From assembly GCA_041576165.1 (NCBI GenBank), contig JBFGLM010000011.1, positions 1-64,000 of the forward strand: a stretch of 64,000 nucleotides of DNA, written 5' to 3'. Below the pieces are notes generated by a model. It was not told where the DNA came from. It did no database searches and saw nothing but the letters and a program-made list of their open reading frames with translations. The position numbers and the translations under genes were made by a program. The stretch's first letter is position 1, and every line of letters begins with the position of its first letter. This stretch comes from Acidimicrobiia bacterium (lineage in GTDB: Bacteria > Actinomycetota > Acidimicrobiia > Spongiisociales > Spongiisociaceae). Positions 1 to 9,565 of this stretch are shown here, in pieces.

Positions 1-2131
1 CCTGGATGGCACGTTCCAGTTCCTCGGTGGTCATGGGGCTGATCAGCTCGGTGCTGTCCCGCATCAGCCGTCCCATCTCCGGATGATTGAGGGGCCGGTC
101 CGAGTAGTCCGCTCTCACGGTGACCACCACCCGGATGGGACAGTGCGGGTGGGTCACCGCGGTGGTCAGCAGCTCGATGAAATGATCAGCCTCGGCCGGA
201 TCGGCGTGTGTGAACAGCTCCTCGAACTGATCGACGACTAATACGAGCTGGCCTCCGTCGTTGGACAGCATTTCCCGCCCGACGTCCACCAGACCCCGGT
301 GGTCGGCGAGCAGCCGATCGACCAGACCGATCGGTTGCTCCACTGCGACCGACTCGAGTGCGTCGGCCAGCATCTCGGTGGGATACCGGCCCGGCGTCAT
401 GTCGGCAATGAACCATGATTCGGAGCGGGGGAGAGCGCCGGCCCGCAGCGCGGGTATCAACCCCGCTTTGACGACGCTCGACTTGCCGCTCCCGCTCGGC
501 CCGACAACAACGAGGAATTTGCCTTTCCCGCCGAGACGGGCCACCAGCCGCTCAACCATTCGCTCACGCCCGAAGAACAGGTGGGCGTCGTGCTGGTCGA
601 ACGCCCGAAGCCCCTTGAACGGATTGGCAGCATCGAGGTCGGGACTTGCGGTCGGGTCACCGGCGGCCCGGGCAAGGGCAGTGAGCATCTGTCCGGCGTC
701 GGCAAAGCGCTGGCTCGGCTCGACCCTGGTTGCTTGATCGAGGACGAGCTGCACCGGCTGCGAGAGCTGACCGGAGTCCTGCAACAGGCGACCAAGGCCG
801 TAGACGTCGCTGGCCGGCGTGGCGGGTTCACCCTCCCTCCGCTCAGGAGCCACATAATCGCCGTCGTGGGCGGCCATCGTTTCGGCATCACCCGCGATCT
901 CGAAGTCGGTCAGATAACCGTTTCCGGCGTCGTCGAGCAGCACATTCGATGGTCGTACATCGGCATGCACCATGCCGTGTTCATGCGCCGCGGCCAGCGC
1001 GCCGCCAACTTGCGCCGCCATCTGCACGATTTCGGGCTCGTCCAGCCAGCCGTCGTCGATGACGTCAGCCAGACTGCCGCCTCCCATGTAGCGCGTGACC
1101 AGGTATGCCGCGTCGGGTTCGCGCCAGTAGTCGTACAGCGGTACGACGTGCGGATGCTCAAGACCGGCGACGAGGCGGGCTTCAGCTTCGAAGTTCCTAA
1201 TGAAATCCGCGTCGTTGGCCAGCTCGGCAGAAATCACCCGCACCGCCACCTCGCGGCCTACCGCCGGCTGGAACGCCCGGTACACGGCCCCGTGGCGGCC
1301 GCTCCCGAGCTTTGCCCGTAACTCATAGCCGCGCACCGCCAGGCCTGGTTCCAGGCCACGCCACGGCAACAGCGCCGTGGCGTCGAGCGCAGGATCGGCG
1401 GTGAGGATCTGCTCCTCGAGACGCTGAAGCTCGGCACTGGGGTCAATCCCCAGCTCGTCGGCCAGGCGAGCGCGGAGGTGCCCATAGGCGCGGAGCGCGT
1501 CGGACTGGCGGCCGGCCCGAAACAGCGCCAGCATCCACTGGCCGGTGAACGGCTCCCGCAGTGGATGCTGGGTCACCAGGGTTTCGAGCTCGCCGATCAG
1601 CTCCCGGGCGAGACCGCGGGCCAGGTCGGCGTCGATGCGGGCCTCCACCGCCTCCAACCGCAGCTCGCACAGCCGGGTGATCTCTGGCTGGGCCCATTCT
1701 TCATAGAGGAAGTCTTCCAATGCGTGGCCGCGCCAGGTACCGAGCGCCTCGCCCAACAAGATCGAGGCCATGGCCGGGTCGCTGCTCAGCAACTCCCGTC
1801 CGTGGCGGACCGCTTTCTCGAACTCCTCGACGTCCAGGGTTCCCGGTTCCGTTTGGACCAGGTATCCCGGCTGGCGGGTGAGCACGATCGACTCGTCGTT
1901 CTCGCCACCACCGAGCACCTTCCGCAGGTTGGAGACATGCACCCACAGCGCGTTTTGGCGGGGTGTAGCGCTCTCCTCGCCCCACAGGGCGTCGATGATC
2001 CGATCGGTTGGGACGATCTGGTTGGCGTTCACCAGCAGCAGCGCCAACAGCGAACGCTGCTTGTAGCTCGCGATCTCGATCGGACCCTCGGGACCGTCCA
2101 GGCTGAGGGGACCCAGCAGGCCGAATCTCAT
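1..2131 (-). CDS. AfsR/SARP (wHTH+BTAD) regulator fused to a Ser/Thr kinase-like domain and an nSTAND P-loop NTPase; 3' end runs off the window
   Basis: Absent from the ORF track because there is no stop in the window. Manual translation from ATG 2131 (GGAG RBS): MRFGLLGPL..KQRSLLALLL..LWVHVSNLRKVL; BTAD HPLREPFTGQWMLALFRAGRQSDAL; kinase-like LEHPHVVPLYDYW/HADVRPSN; NPFKGLRAF..FFGRE, Walker [10 protein letters not shown], Walker B LVVDQFEE. Confidence 0.9.
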   Translation of the reverse strand, partial: MRFGLLGPLSLDGPEGPIEIASYKQRSLLALLLVNANQIVPTDRIIDALWGEESATPRQNALWVHVSNLRKVLGGGENDESIVLTRQPGYLVQTEPGTLDVEEFEKAVRHGRELLSSDPAMASILLGEALGTWRGHALEDFLYEEWAQPEITRLCELRLEAVEARIDADLARGLARELIGELETLVTQHPLREPFTGQWMLALFRAGRQSDALRAYGHLRARLADELGIDPSAELQRLEEQILTADPALDATALLPWRGLEPGLAVRGYELRAKLGSGRHGAVYRAFQPAVGREVAVRVISAELANDADFIRNFEAEARLVAGLEHPHVVPLYDYWREPDAAYLVTRYMGGGSLADVIDDGWLDEPEIVQMAAQVGGALAAAHEHGMVHADVRPSNVLLDDAGNGYLTDFEIAGDAETMAAHDGDYVAPERREGEPATPASDVYGLGRLLQDSGQLSQPVQLVLDQATRVEPSQRFADAGQMLTALARAAGDPTASPDLDAANPFKGLRAFDQHDAHLFFGRERMVERLVARLGGKGKFLVVVGPSGSGKSSVVKAGLIPALRAGALPRSESWFIADMTPGRYPTEMLADALESVAVEQPIGLVDRLLADHRGLVDVGREMLSNDGGQLVLVVDQFEELFTHADPAEADHFIELLTTAVTHPHCPIRVVVTVRADYSDRPLNHPEMGRLMRDSTELISPMTTEELERAIQ

Positions 2132-2295
2132 CTCTCCACTCCGAGCCGGCCGTGTTTCAAGCGTACGCACGGGATTCCTCCCTTGGGGAGTCGCTTTTCA
2201 ACACCAACAGGCAAGAGGACCGGCCTTAATTCGACCTTTAGCCGGGGTCGGCGTCCGCAAAGGGCGGGTGAAACCCCAGGTCAGAGGGTGCGGGC

Positions 2296-2937
2296 ATGTC
2301 ACGCACAGCCCACACCCCCCTCAGAATCACCGTCAGTCTCGGAATCGCCCTAGTGATCTACGTCATCAACACCCTGGGCGTCGGGCCGGCCGGGGTAGGG
2401 GAGCGGGATCCCCAAGACCATGTGGTCCTGGAAGTTGCTGCCAAAGCCGCCAGGCGGCCGTCGGTAGCTGCAGACGCAGCCCCCGCCCTGAGAGCTCGGG
2501 TAGAGGATGCGATCCGACGGTTCGAAGGTGCCGGGTTGACGGTGCCACCGGTCGAGGTCACGTTCTCCGCATCGTCAGACAGCTGCGACGGGTATCAGGG
2601 ACTGTTCTCGCCGCAACTCGATCCGCCCCGGGTCACCTACTGCGGCACGCCCAGCGACTGGGTATTCGAACACGAGCTGGCCCACGCCTGGGTCGAATTC
2701 AATGTGAGTGAGGACACGCGCAAGGCTTTCATGGACTGGCGGGAACTGGAATCCTGGAATGATCACAGCGGTGCTTGGGGCCGCCAAGGTGCCGAGCAGG
2801 CGGCATTTGCCATTCAGCAAGGGGTGATGGGTAGGGGAGAGAACCCGTCCACCGAGCACCTGAGGCGCCTGTGTGGTTTCCAGATGCTGGCCGGTCTGAG
2901 CCTGCCAGAGCTCGACCCGGCCGCATGCCGCAGTTGA
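2296..2937 (+). CDS. Secreted or membrane-anchored protein with HExxH zincin-like motif
   Basis: N-terminal hydrophobic helix; EHELAHAW plus a downstream E (GAEQAA). Confidence 0.7.
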   Translation: MSRTAHTPLRITVSLGIALVIYVINTLGVGPAGVGERDPQDHVVLEVAAKAARRPSVAADAAPALRARVEDAIRRFEGAGLTVPPVEVTFSASSDSCDGYQGLFSPQLDPPRVTYCGTPSDWVFEHELAHAWVEFNVSEDTRKAFMDWRELESWNDHSGAWGRQGAEQAAFAIQQGVMGRGENPSTEHLRRLCGFQMLAGLSLPELDPAACRS

Positions 2938-2978
2938 ATCAGGAGGACACCGGACCGAGGAACTCTGATCCCATTACC

Positions 2979-5483
2979 TCATACCTGGCGAGTCTTGGTG
3001 AGATACGTCAAAGCGATCCAGCCGGGCAGGATCGGTAGCCAGTAGGTGGCCATCCGGAATAGAACAACCGCCAGGATGGCGATCTCGGCGGGGACACCGA
3101 CAGCGGTGTACACCGCCACCAGGCTGGCCTCCACCACCCCCAGCCCGCCGGGCGTGGGCGCAACTGTGGCCACCGCCGAACCTGCCAGATAGGCGAAAGC
3201 GGCTGGGGCAAACCCGATGTCGCTCCCAGCGGCGTCCAGTGACCACACCATCGCCATGGTGTACGCGCCGGTCACGATGGAGGACCCTACGAAGAGCTGC
3301 GTGAGGCGCACCGGGCGGCGGATGACTTCGACGATTGACTGCAGCGCGGTGCGCAAGGCGGGTAGCAGGTGCATCTGCACCAGGCGACGGCCCGGTGTAG
3401 TGAGGAAGGTGAGCACCGACGGGACGAGCACCGCCGCCGCGATGATCTGAATCGTCCGGCCCGATGGCGTAGGGACTCCCATTTCGGTGGGGGAGCGGCC
3501 TACCGCAAAGGCAACCGTGGTGATCATCACCACATGCACGATGACACCGACGAGGGTGTTGAGGCCGATCGCCGATACCGCAGTGGGAGCCGGAATACCC
3601 CGACGGACGAGAAAGCGCACGTTGGTGGCCATGCCGCCGAGCCGGGCTGGTGTCAGGCGATTCGTGAACGACGAGGCAAGCTGGGCCGCGAGGGTCGGCA
3701 GGAAACGGATCCGCTGGGCGATCGCGCCCATGACCCCGATCGTGGCGCCAATGTAGGTGGCGGTCGAGGCAGCCAGCACCAGGCCCATCAGGGCCAGGTC
3801 GATCTGCCATACATTGCTCCACAGCAGTCCGAAGTCCGAGATTTGGCCGGCGATCAGCACCGCGGCCGCCGCGAGCGTCACGACCACGATTAGTTGGCGC
3901 CATGTGATTCGTTTCAGCTCGGGGACGACGACGTCCTCGATACCGGCCGAGGCCTGGAGCTCGTCTCGGAGGCGACGGACGTTGCGATCGCTACCGATCG
4001 ACGCCCGGGTGGCGGCACCCAAGGTCAGCGGTTGCAACCAGCCGAGGCCGGCCCCGAGACCTTCGTCACCAATTGTCGCCAAGGCCACCCGAGTCGTTCG
4101 CTCGACCCCGACCACGGATGCGGTAGCTGCGAGGAGCTGGGCGATGTCACGGTCGAGCAGTTCCGGTTCGGTCGTCAGCTCGGCGAACCCGAAGTCCACG
4201 ATCCACACCTCGCCGGAATGGTCAACCATGATGTTGGCGAGGCGCAGGTCGCGGTGGGCGATACCGGCAGCTCGGAGCCCCACGAGCTGCTGCCAAACCC
4301 GCTCGAGCAGCTCATCCGAAGTCTCGGCGAGAGAGAAATCGGAGAGAGGTCGCCCGACAACCTCTTCATACGCCACCAGATATGAGCCTTCGGAAAGTTC
4401 GCCTACCACCCGCAGCCAGGGCGCCCGGATTCCCCGCGAGCAAGCCGCCAGCGCGAGAAACGCCTCATGCTCAACAGCGCGCCGCAGCGTTGGGAACGGT
4501 TCGCGGTCGCCGGAGCGACGCAACGTGATCAGCCGCCACAGCCGAAAGAGCAGGTCAGCGGCGCGCTGTTCCACCGTCAGGGTCTTGACGAACAGTCTGG
4601 TCCCGTCGTCCAACTCGGCCCGCCACGGGCGCGACCCGCGAGCGTCGACCCGGGCCGGGCGCACCCTCACCGGGTTCAGACCATGGCGGCTGAGGCCGGC
4701 ACAGACCTCGGGCGCGGTTGCCGACTGGTTGGGCGTTTTGAACGCAAGAGCGACCAAAGACCCCGCCATTATCCCCACGCCAACGAGGGCGACCGCCCCG
4801 GACAACTGTGCCTGGGCGTTTGCCATCGGAAAGGACGGCAGGGCCAGCCACGGTGATTCGAAGCCGGCGGACAGAACGCCGCCGAACGCGACGATCCCCG
4901 ATGCCAGAACCAGCCAGCGGAAGAGCCGTCCGGAGATCCACGGCCGCAGCAAGGTGGTCGCCGCCACGATATTGGCGGCGCCCGCTTGGAAGATGGTTGT
5001 GCCGTCGCGCTCGAAGCCGAGACCCGAGGCAATCGAGTGCAGCGTCGTGGTGAGGATCGCAACCAGGACGGAGGAGAGTGCGACTGCCGCGTTCATCAAC
5101 AGCCAGCGGCGGAAACGACCGGTGATCAACAGCCATACGTTGAGCGAAAAGCCCACCACCAGCAAGGTCACAAACGAGATCACAACGGGCGCCGCCCGGG
5201 CCAGATCAGGCCACGTCGATGTGTAGTCGACGATGTCGCCCACCACGCCGGCGGCGGTGTCGTCGAGGACCGCCGGGATCATAAAACCGAGCAGCGTGAA
5301 CGCCGCACCGACGATGAGCGAGAGCACAAACGCGGGCGACCGGACGTAGCGAGCCGGCGGCCGGGCCGGATCATCGGTCCCGGGGACAAAATCGCCCGGC
5401 GGCACCACGGGATCCGGCGCGGTGGCTGCGGGCGCGGGTTTCTGGCGGGGAATCGTCAGTGAGGGCAGATTCACATCTGCCAC
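2979..5483 (-). CDS. Membrane protein: N-terminal TMs, kinase/phosphotransferase-like domain, C-terminal lysylphosphatidylglycerol-synthase TM (flippase, UPF0104) domain
   Basis: HRDLRLANIMV..VDFGFAE; C-terminal TPARLGG and PTPGGLGVVEA..FRMATYWLP motifs. Confidence 0.85.
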   Translation of the reverse strand: MADVNLPSLTIPRQKPAPAATAPDPVVPPGDFVPGTDDPARPPARYVRSPAFVLSLIVGAAFTLLGFMIPAVLDDTAAGVVGDIVDYTSTWPDLARAAPVVISFVTLLVVGFSLNVWLLITGRFRRWLLMNAAVALSSVLVAILTTTLHSIASGLGFERDGTTIFQAGAANIVAATTLLRPWISGRLFRWLVLASGIVAFGGVLSAGFESPWLALPSFPMANAQAQLSGAVALVGVGIMAGSLVALAFKTPNQSATAPEVCAGLSRHGLNPVRVRPARVDARGSRPWRAELDDGTRLFVKTLTVEQRAADLLFRLWRLITLRRSGDREPFPTLRRAVEHEAFLALAACSRGIRAPWLRVVGELSEGSYLVAYEEVVGRPLSDFSLAETSDELLERVWQQLVGLRAAGIAHRDLRLANIMVDHSGEVWIVDFGFAELTTEPELLDRDIAQLLAATASVVGVERTTRVALATIGDEGLGAGLGWLQPLTLGAATRASIGSDRNVRRLRDELQASAGIEDVVVPELKRITWRQLIVVVTLAAAAVLIAGQISDFGLLWSNVWQIDLALMGLVLAASTATYIGATIGVMGAIAQRIRFLPTLAAQLASSFTNRLTPARLGGMATNVRFLVRRGIPAPTAVSAIGLNTLVGVIVHVVMITTVAFAVGRSPTEMGVPTPSGRTIQIIAAAVLVPSVLTFLTTPGRRLVQMHLLPALRTALQSIVEVIRRPVRLTQLFVGSSIVTGAYTMAMVWSLDAAGSDIGFAPAAFAYLAGSAVATVAPTPGGLGVVEASLVAVYTAVGVPAEIAILAVVLFRMATYWLPILPGWIALTYLTKTRQV

Positions 5484-5870
5484 CGTTCTGGCGCAGGACG
5501 CCGTGGCTGGAAGCGTTCCGTGGAGATCCCCGCAAACGCGGACCGTCCGGTCAGGGCGAATTGAGTAGGCACGTCACTCTGCGTGGCAATCGGTTCGACG
5601 AGCCAACCAGGCCCATCGCTGTCAATAGTCGTTGCGCGGAAGGTACCACGCCGGGCGCCGGCCGGGAAGCCACAATCTGGATTGAGGTGTTAGGAGGCCG
5701 GCGGGGGACACCAGTGCCAGAGGACGAGGTTTGGCTCCCGGCCAGAAGTGTCTGGGGTCGGGCCACGTGCCACCCGGCAGCGCGCATTGACGCTCAGTCG
5801 CCGAGTCCTCTGCCGTCGCCGGGGTCGGCCAACACGTGCACCGCGGATATTTGCGTCACTGTGACGTTAT

Positions 5871-6251
5871 CTACCCGGCCAGTGACACCCGGCAGAAGTG
5901 GTGGACCTGGAGCAGTCTGAGCGCCAATTTGACCAAATGGGGTAGATGGGGCCAGGCGACGGCCCGCCCGACCAATTCGGCCGATTGGATCGCATTCGAC
6001 ATGCCGCGCATCTCGAGGCGCCCGCCGCCAGCAACCACGTTCTCCACCCAGTCGGCCGAGGGTCCGTACGTGAGCGCGATGATGAATGCGCCGTCTGCGC
6101 GGAACGCGTTCACGGGCGTCGTGAACGAACGTCCCGACTTGCGCCCGACATGATGTACGACCGCGAAACCCGGGCTGAGGCGTGCGATCGGCTCGATGAA
6201 TCGATTCGAGACGCGCTTGTTGAACCGGGCCACAGCCCGCGGGAGGGGCAT
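5871..6251 (-). CDS. Deazaflavin (F420)-dependent nitroreductase family protein
   Basis: HVGRKSGRSFTTPV, LTYGPSADWVENVVAGG; TAGCGT -10 box 7 nt before ATG 6251 (leaderless). Confidence 0.85.
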   Translation of the reverse strand: MPLPRAVARFNKRVSNRFIEPIARLSPGFAVVHHVGRKSGRSFTTPVNAFRADGAFIIALTYGPSADWVENVVAGGGRLEMRGMSNAIQSAELVGRAVAWPHLPHLVKLALRLLQVHHFCRVSLAG

Positions 6252-6289
6252 GAGGACCACGCTACCGCTGTTGCCGCGCCAGAAGCTCA

Positions 6290-6317
6290 ATGTCCCATAA
6301 TCTACGTTATGTAAAGT
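6290..6317 (+). other. dif: dif site (XerC/XerD chromosome dimer resolution site)
   Basis: ATGTCCCATAA-TCTACG-TTATGTAAAGT, an 11-6-11 layout matching E. coli dif GGTGCGCATAA-TGTATA-TTATGTTAAAT; intergenic AT-rich island. Confidence 0.85.
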
Positions 6318-6409
6318 TTTATGTGTTGGCGTGTCCGAAAGGTTCCCCGATCACGTGTCCGATCACACTGAAGTTGGAGCAATCTCAGACGCGTGGCTAC
6401 GAATCTCAC

Positions 6410-6515
6410 ATGGGCGGAACCGTGCTTTGGTTGAGCCTCCCGCACCGCCGCAGGAAGGCGGTCACGGCTTCCAGATAGTCGAGGCCCCAGGGCCACTCTG
6501 ATGCCGTACTCTCAT
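6410..6515 (-). pseudogene. Possible short gene remnant (GNAT-like N-terminus)
   Basis: Pieces MRVRHQSG / GLDYLEAVTAFLRR / VREAQPKHG in shifting frames; the family assignment is from memory only. Confidence 0.3.
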
Positions 6516-6635
6516 GTTCCATCCCCATATCTGGGCGGAGAGGCTGCCGATCGCGCCAGGGTCGAAGCCGCACTAGCCGCCAACGCCGGCTGAAGTCCGC
6601 TCGCGGCAGGATCATCCCATTCGTACGATGGGCCT

Positions 6636-7520
6636 GTGCGTATTGGCGTGTTGCTGCTGCCAACCGATCCCTGGCACGAAACGGTCGCGCTCGTTCAACG
6701 GCTGGAGCGTCTGGGGTATCACCACGTGTGGGTGTACGACCACCTCTCATGGCGGCGGTATCAGGATCGGCCATGGCATGCCACCTATCCCTGGCTCGCC
6801 GGGCTTGCCGCACACACCACCAGGATTCGGCTCGGGACGATGGTCGCAAACTTGAACATCCGGCATCCACTCACCCTCACCAAGGACGCCATGACGCTCG
6901 ACCACCTCTCCGACGGTCGGTTCACGTTGGGTTTGGGAGCCGGCGGCACCGGCTTCGACGCCACCGCACTTGGCCAGGTGCGCCTCACGCCGGCGGAACG
7001 GGCAGAGCGACTGGCCGAGGCGGCCGCGCTGATCGACGGGCTCCTTCGCGGCGACGTCCGCAACCACAAAGGAACGTTCTATGCCGTCAACGAGGCGCGC
7101 CTCTCCCCCGGCTGCGTGCAGCGTCCCCGACTGCCGCTGGCGATAGCCGCCGGCCGAGCACGCACACTCGATGTCGTTGCCCACTTCGCAGATGCTTGGA
7201 TCACCTGGGGCGACACATCGCGCGAGGACCTCACAGCAGCCGGCACGGAGCGAGCTGTAGTTGCCCAGCTCAACCATCTCGAGTCGACATGCAGAACGAT
7301 CGGCAGAAACCCAAAGGCGATCGATCGCATCTTCCTGATCGGAAACACCGACGCCCGCCCGCTGGCCAGCATCGGTACGTTCGAGGAATTCGTGACGACG
7401 TACGAGGCCATCGGCTTCACCGACATCGTCTTCCACATGCCTCGAGTTGACGATCCGATCTGGAACGACGACCCCGAGGTCGTAGAAGCGATCGCCAGGC
7501 GGTTCCTCGACCCAGTGTGA
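6636..7520 (+). CDS. LLM-class flavin-dependent oxidoreductase
   Basis: VWVYDHLSW, TTRIRLGTMV, TLDHLSDGRFTLGLGAG, RPRLPLAIAA. Confidence 0.9.
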   Translation: MRIGVLLLPTDPWHETVALVQRLERLGYHHVWVYDHLSWRRYQDRPWHATYPWLAGLAAHTTRIRLGTMVANLNIRHPLTLTKDAMTLDHLSDGRFTLGLGAGGTGFDATALGQVRLTPAERAERLAEAAALIDGLLRGDVRNHKGTFYAVNEARLSPGCVQRPRLPLAIAAGRARTLDVVAHFADAWITWGDTSREDLTAAGTERAVVAQLNHLESTCRTIGRNPKAIDRIFLIGNTDARPLASIGTFEEFVTTYEAIGFTDIVFHMPRVDDPIWNDDPEVVEAIARRFLDPV

Positions 7521-7811
7521 GTTCGCCGGAGTCGCCGGTAGCCATGACGTTGGAGCGAACATGGAGGATCTGGTCCGGCACACCAAGGACTTTGAGAAGG
7601 TACGAATCTCACGGCACCCTTCATCACCGACCGAGCATACGACGCTCTCCCCGCATCCCCGGGTTCCCCACTCCCCCATGGACAAGCTCAGTGACCACTA
7701 GGCCGATCCCGGAAGTGCCATTCCGTGCGGGTTCAGCTTCCGCGAAGGACGCCGGAGTTGTTCCCGGTGAGCACCGCGTTCCTGCTTCCCTGGTGTCGAC
7801 GGGTTGCGAGG

Positions 7812-8558
7812 TCACACGACGTCTCGTGTCTGAACTGCAACGAGCCCGATTGCGGCCGGCACGATTGCCCAAGCGGCGAGCGCAGCAAGCGCAGCGAGGA
7901 CGCCTACCTCATCGGTGACACCAGAAACCACGGTATTGAGCGTGTTGGGAACCCACGAAGTAGCCTCCGTGGCAAGCTGAACGACGAGCGGCGGTGCGAT
8001 CACAAGCGCAAGAACGGCTCCGGCGACCGCGCCCCCGGTGTTGCGAACAACCGCACCGATGCCGGCCCCGAGCAGGGCACCTGTCGCCCCGCCGAACGTG
8101 GAGGCCGCAATCACTCGAGCCACTCCTCCGGCGGGAACCAGGAAACCGAACTCGGTAACGGGGAGAGACAACGCCACGGCCGCCACGGTCAGGGCGGCCC
8201 CCACGAAGCCAACCAGACCGCCGCCGAGCGCCACGGCAGCGAACTGAGCCGAGACCGCACGGTAGCGACGGGGCTCAGTCAGGAACGTAGGGACGACGGT
8301 ACCGTTGCCGTACTCACGCGCGACCGCGATCGCGCCGAACAACCCGGCGATCATCATCGCATTCGCCGCAAACGCCATCAGCGACTGCTGTTCATCGGCC
8401 GTGGCGATGAACGTCTTGCTGCCATCCATATCCGTACCGAAGACCACCGCGACGGCGTTGATGGCACTAATCGCAATCAGCACGACGAGGAACGTCAACG
8501 GCATCCTGGTGCTGCTGAGTTTGCGAAGTTCGGCTCGTACGAGCCGTGACCAAGTCAT
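7812..8558 (-). CDS. ABC-2 type transporter permease
   Basis: RAELRKL, EYGNGTVVPTFLTEPRR, about 6 TM, ends RDVV; 4-nt overlap with the ATPase. Confidence 0.88.
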   Translation of the reverse strand: MTWSRLVRAELRKLSSTRMPLTFLVVLIAISAINAVAVVFGTDMDGSKTFIATADEQQSLMAFAANAMMIAGLFGAIAVAREYGNGTVVPTFLTEPRRYRAVSAQFAAVALGGGLVGFVGAALTVAAVALSLPVTEFGFLVPAGGVARVIAASTFGGATGALLGAGIGAVVRNTGGAVAGAVLALVIAPPLVVQLATEATSWVPNTLNTVVSGVTDEVGVLAALAALAAWAIVPAAIGLVAVQTRDVV

Positions 8559-9565
8559 GTTTTGGCGACCTCGCTTTCTGGCCGATTGGAGTCGTGGCCG
8601 GTGGGGCCCCCCGTCCAGTCCAAGAAGAGCTCTTCGAGAGACCCCGAATGTGGCGACAGCTCATGCAGCGTCACCCCGGCGTGGTATGCGCGCTCGCCGA
8701 TCTCATCGATCGGGAGGCCACGAACCACCAACGAGTTGGGATTCCGCATCTCTACCACACCCCCAGCGGACTCGAGGACCGTCTTGAGGGTGCCGGACGA
8801 GGCGGTCCGCACCAGCGATGCGGTCTGTTGCAAATCGCCGAGTGGACCGCTCGCAACGAGCTTGCCGCGGTTGATGACGACCAGGTCGTCGGCGAGGTGC
8901 TCTACTTCCGCGAGGAGGTGGCTCGAGACGAACACGGTGTCGCCATCGGCCGTCCGCGCCCGCAACAGCTCGCGCAACTCGCGGATCCCTTGAGGGTCCA
9001 ATCCGTTGCCGGGCTCATCGAGGACGAGCACGGGCGGATCGCCGAGCAGAGCGCCGGCGAGCCCGAGGCGCTGCTTCATCCCTAGCGAGTACGCACCGAC
9101 GCGCCGGTCGGCCGCGTCGACCAGGCCAACCAACTCCAGCATACCCTCGACCCGGTCAAAGGGGATGCCGGCCGCCTCAGCGAGGATACGCAGATGGTTC
9201 CGTCCGCTGCGCCCGGGGTGGAACGCGTTCGCTTCGATGAGCACCCCAACGGTCCGAACTGGATCGGCCAGTTCCCGATACCGGCTCCCCCCGACCGTGG
9301 CCGCACCCCGATCCGCTGATGCCAGATCAAGGAGGATCTTCATCGTGGTCGATTTGCCAGCACCGTTGGGGCCAAGGAACCCCGTCACCCGCCCCGGCTC
9401 GACGGTGAACGACAGGTCATCGACCACCGTGGTTGACCCATAGCGCTTGGTCACGTGGTCGATATGCAACCGATGCGATGGACGTGTCCTGCGGCGGCTT
9501 GGACTCTGGCGATCTGGCGCACCGTCCGCAGTCAAGGTTGCTGGAGGGGCATGACCGTCTGTCAT
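8555..9565 (-). CDS. ABC transporter ATP-binding protein
   Basis: GPNGAGKST, YSLGMKQR, LVLDEP, SSH; likely ATG 9565 with GGAG RBS (track ORF extends to 9793). Confidence 0.92.
   Translation of the reverse strand: MTDGHAPPATLTADGAPDRQSPSRRRTRPSHRLHIDHVTKRYGSTTVVDDLSFTVEPGRVTGFLGPNGAGKSTTMKILLDLASADRGAATVGGSRYRELADPVRTVGVLIEANAFHPGRSGRNHLRILAEAAGIPFDRVEGMLELVGLVDAADRRVGAYSLGMKQRLGLAGALLGDPPVLVLDEPGNGLDPQGIRELRELLRARTADGDTVFVSSHLLAEVEHLADDLVVINRGKLVASGPLGDLQQTASLVRTASSGTLKTVLESAGGVVEMRNPNSLVVRGLPIDEIGERAYHAGVTLHELSPHSGSLEELFLDWTGGPTGHDSNRPESEVAKT

Noticed and set aside
581-2353. Plus-strand ORFs 581-1321 and 1478-2353
   Set aside because: Antisense shadows of the minus-strand SARP-kinase-STAND gene that the ORF track missed.
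3757-5226. 489-aa plus-strand ORF
   Set aside because: Ser/Arg-rich antisense shadow of the 834-aa membrane protein; no motifs.
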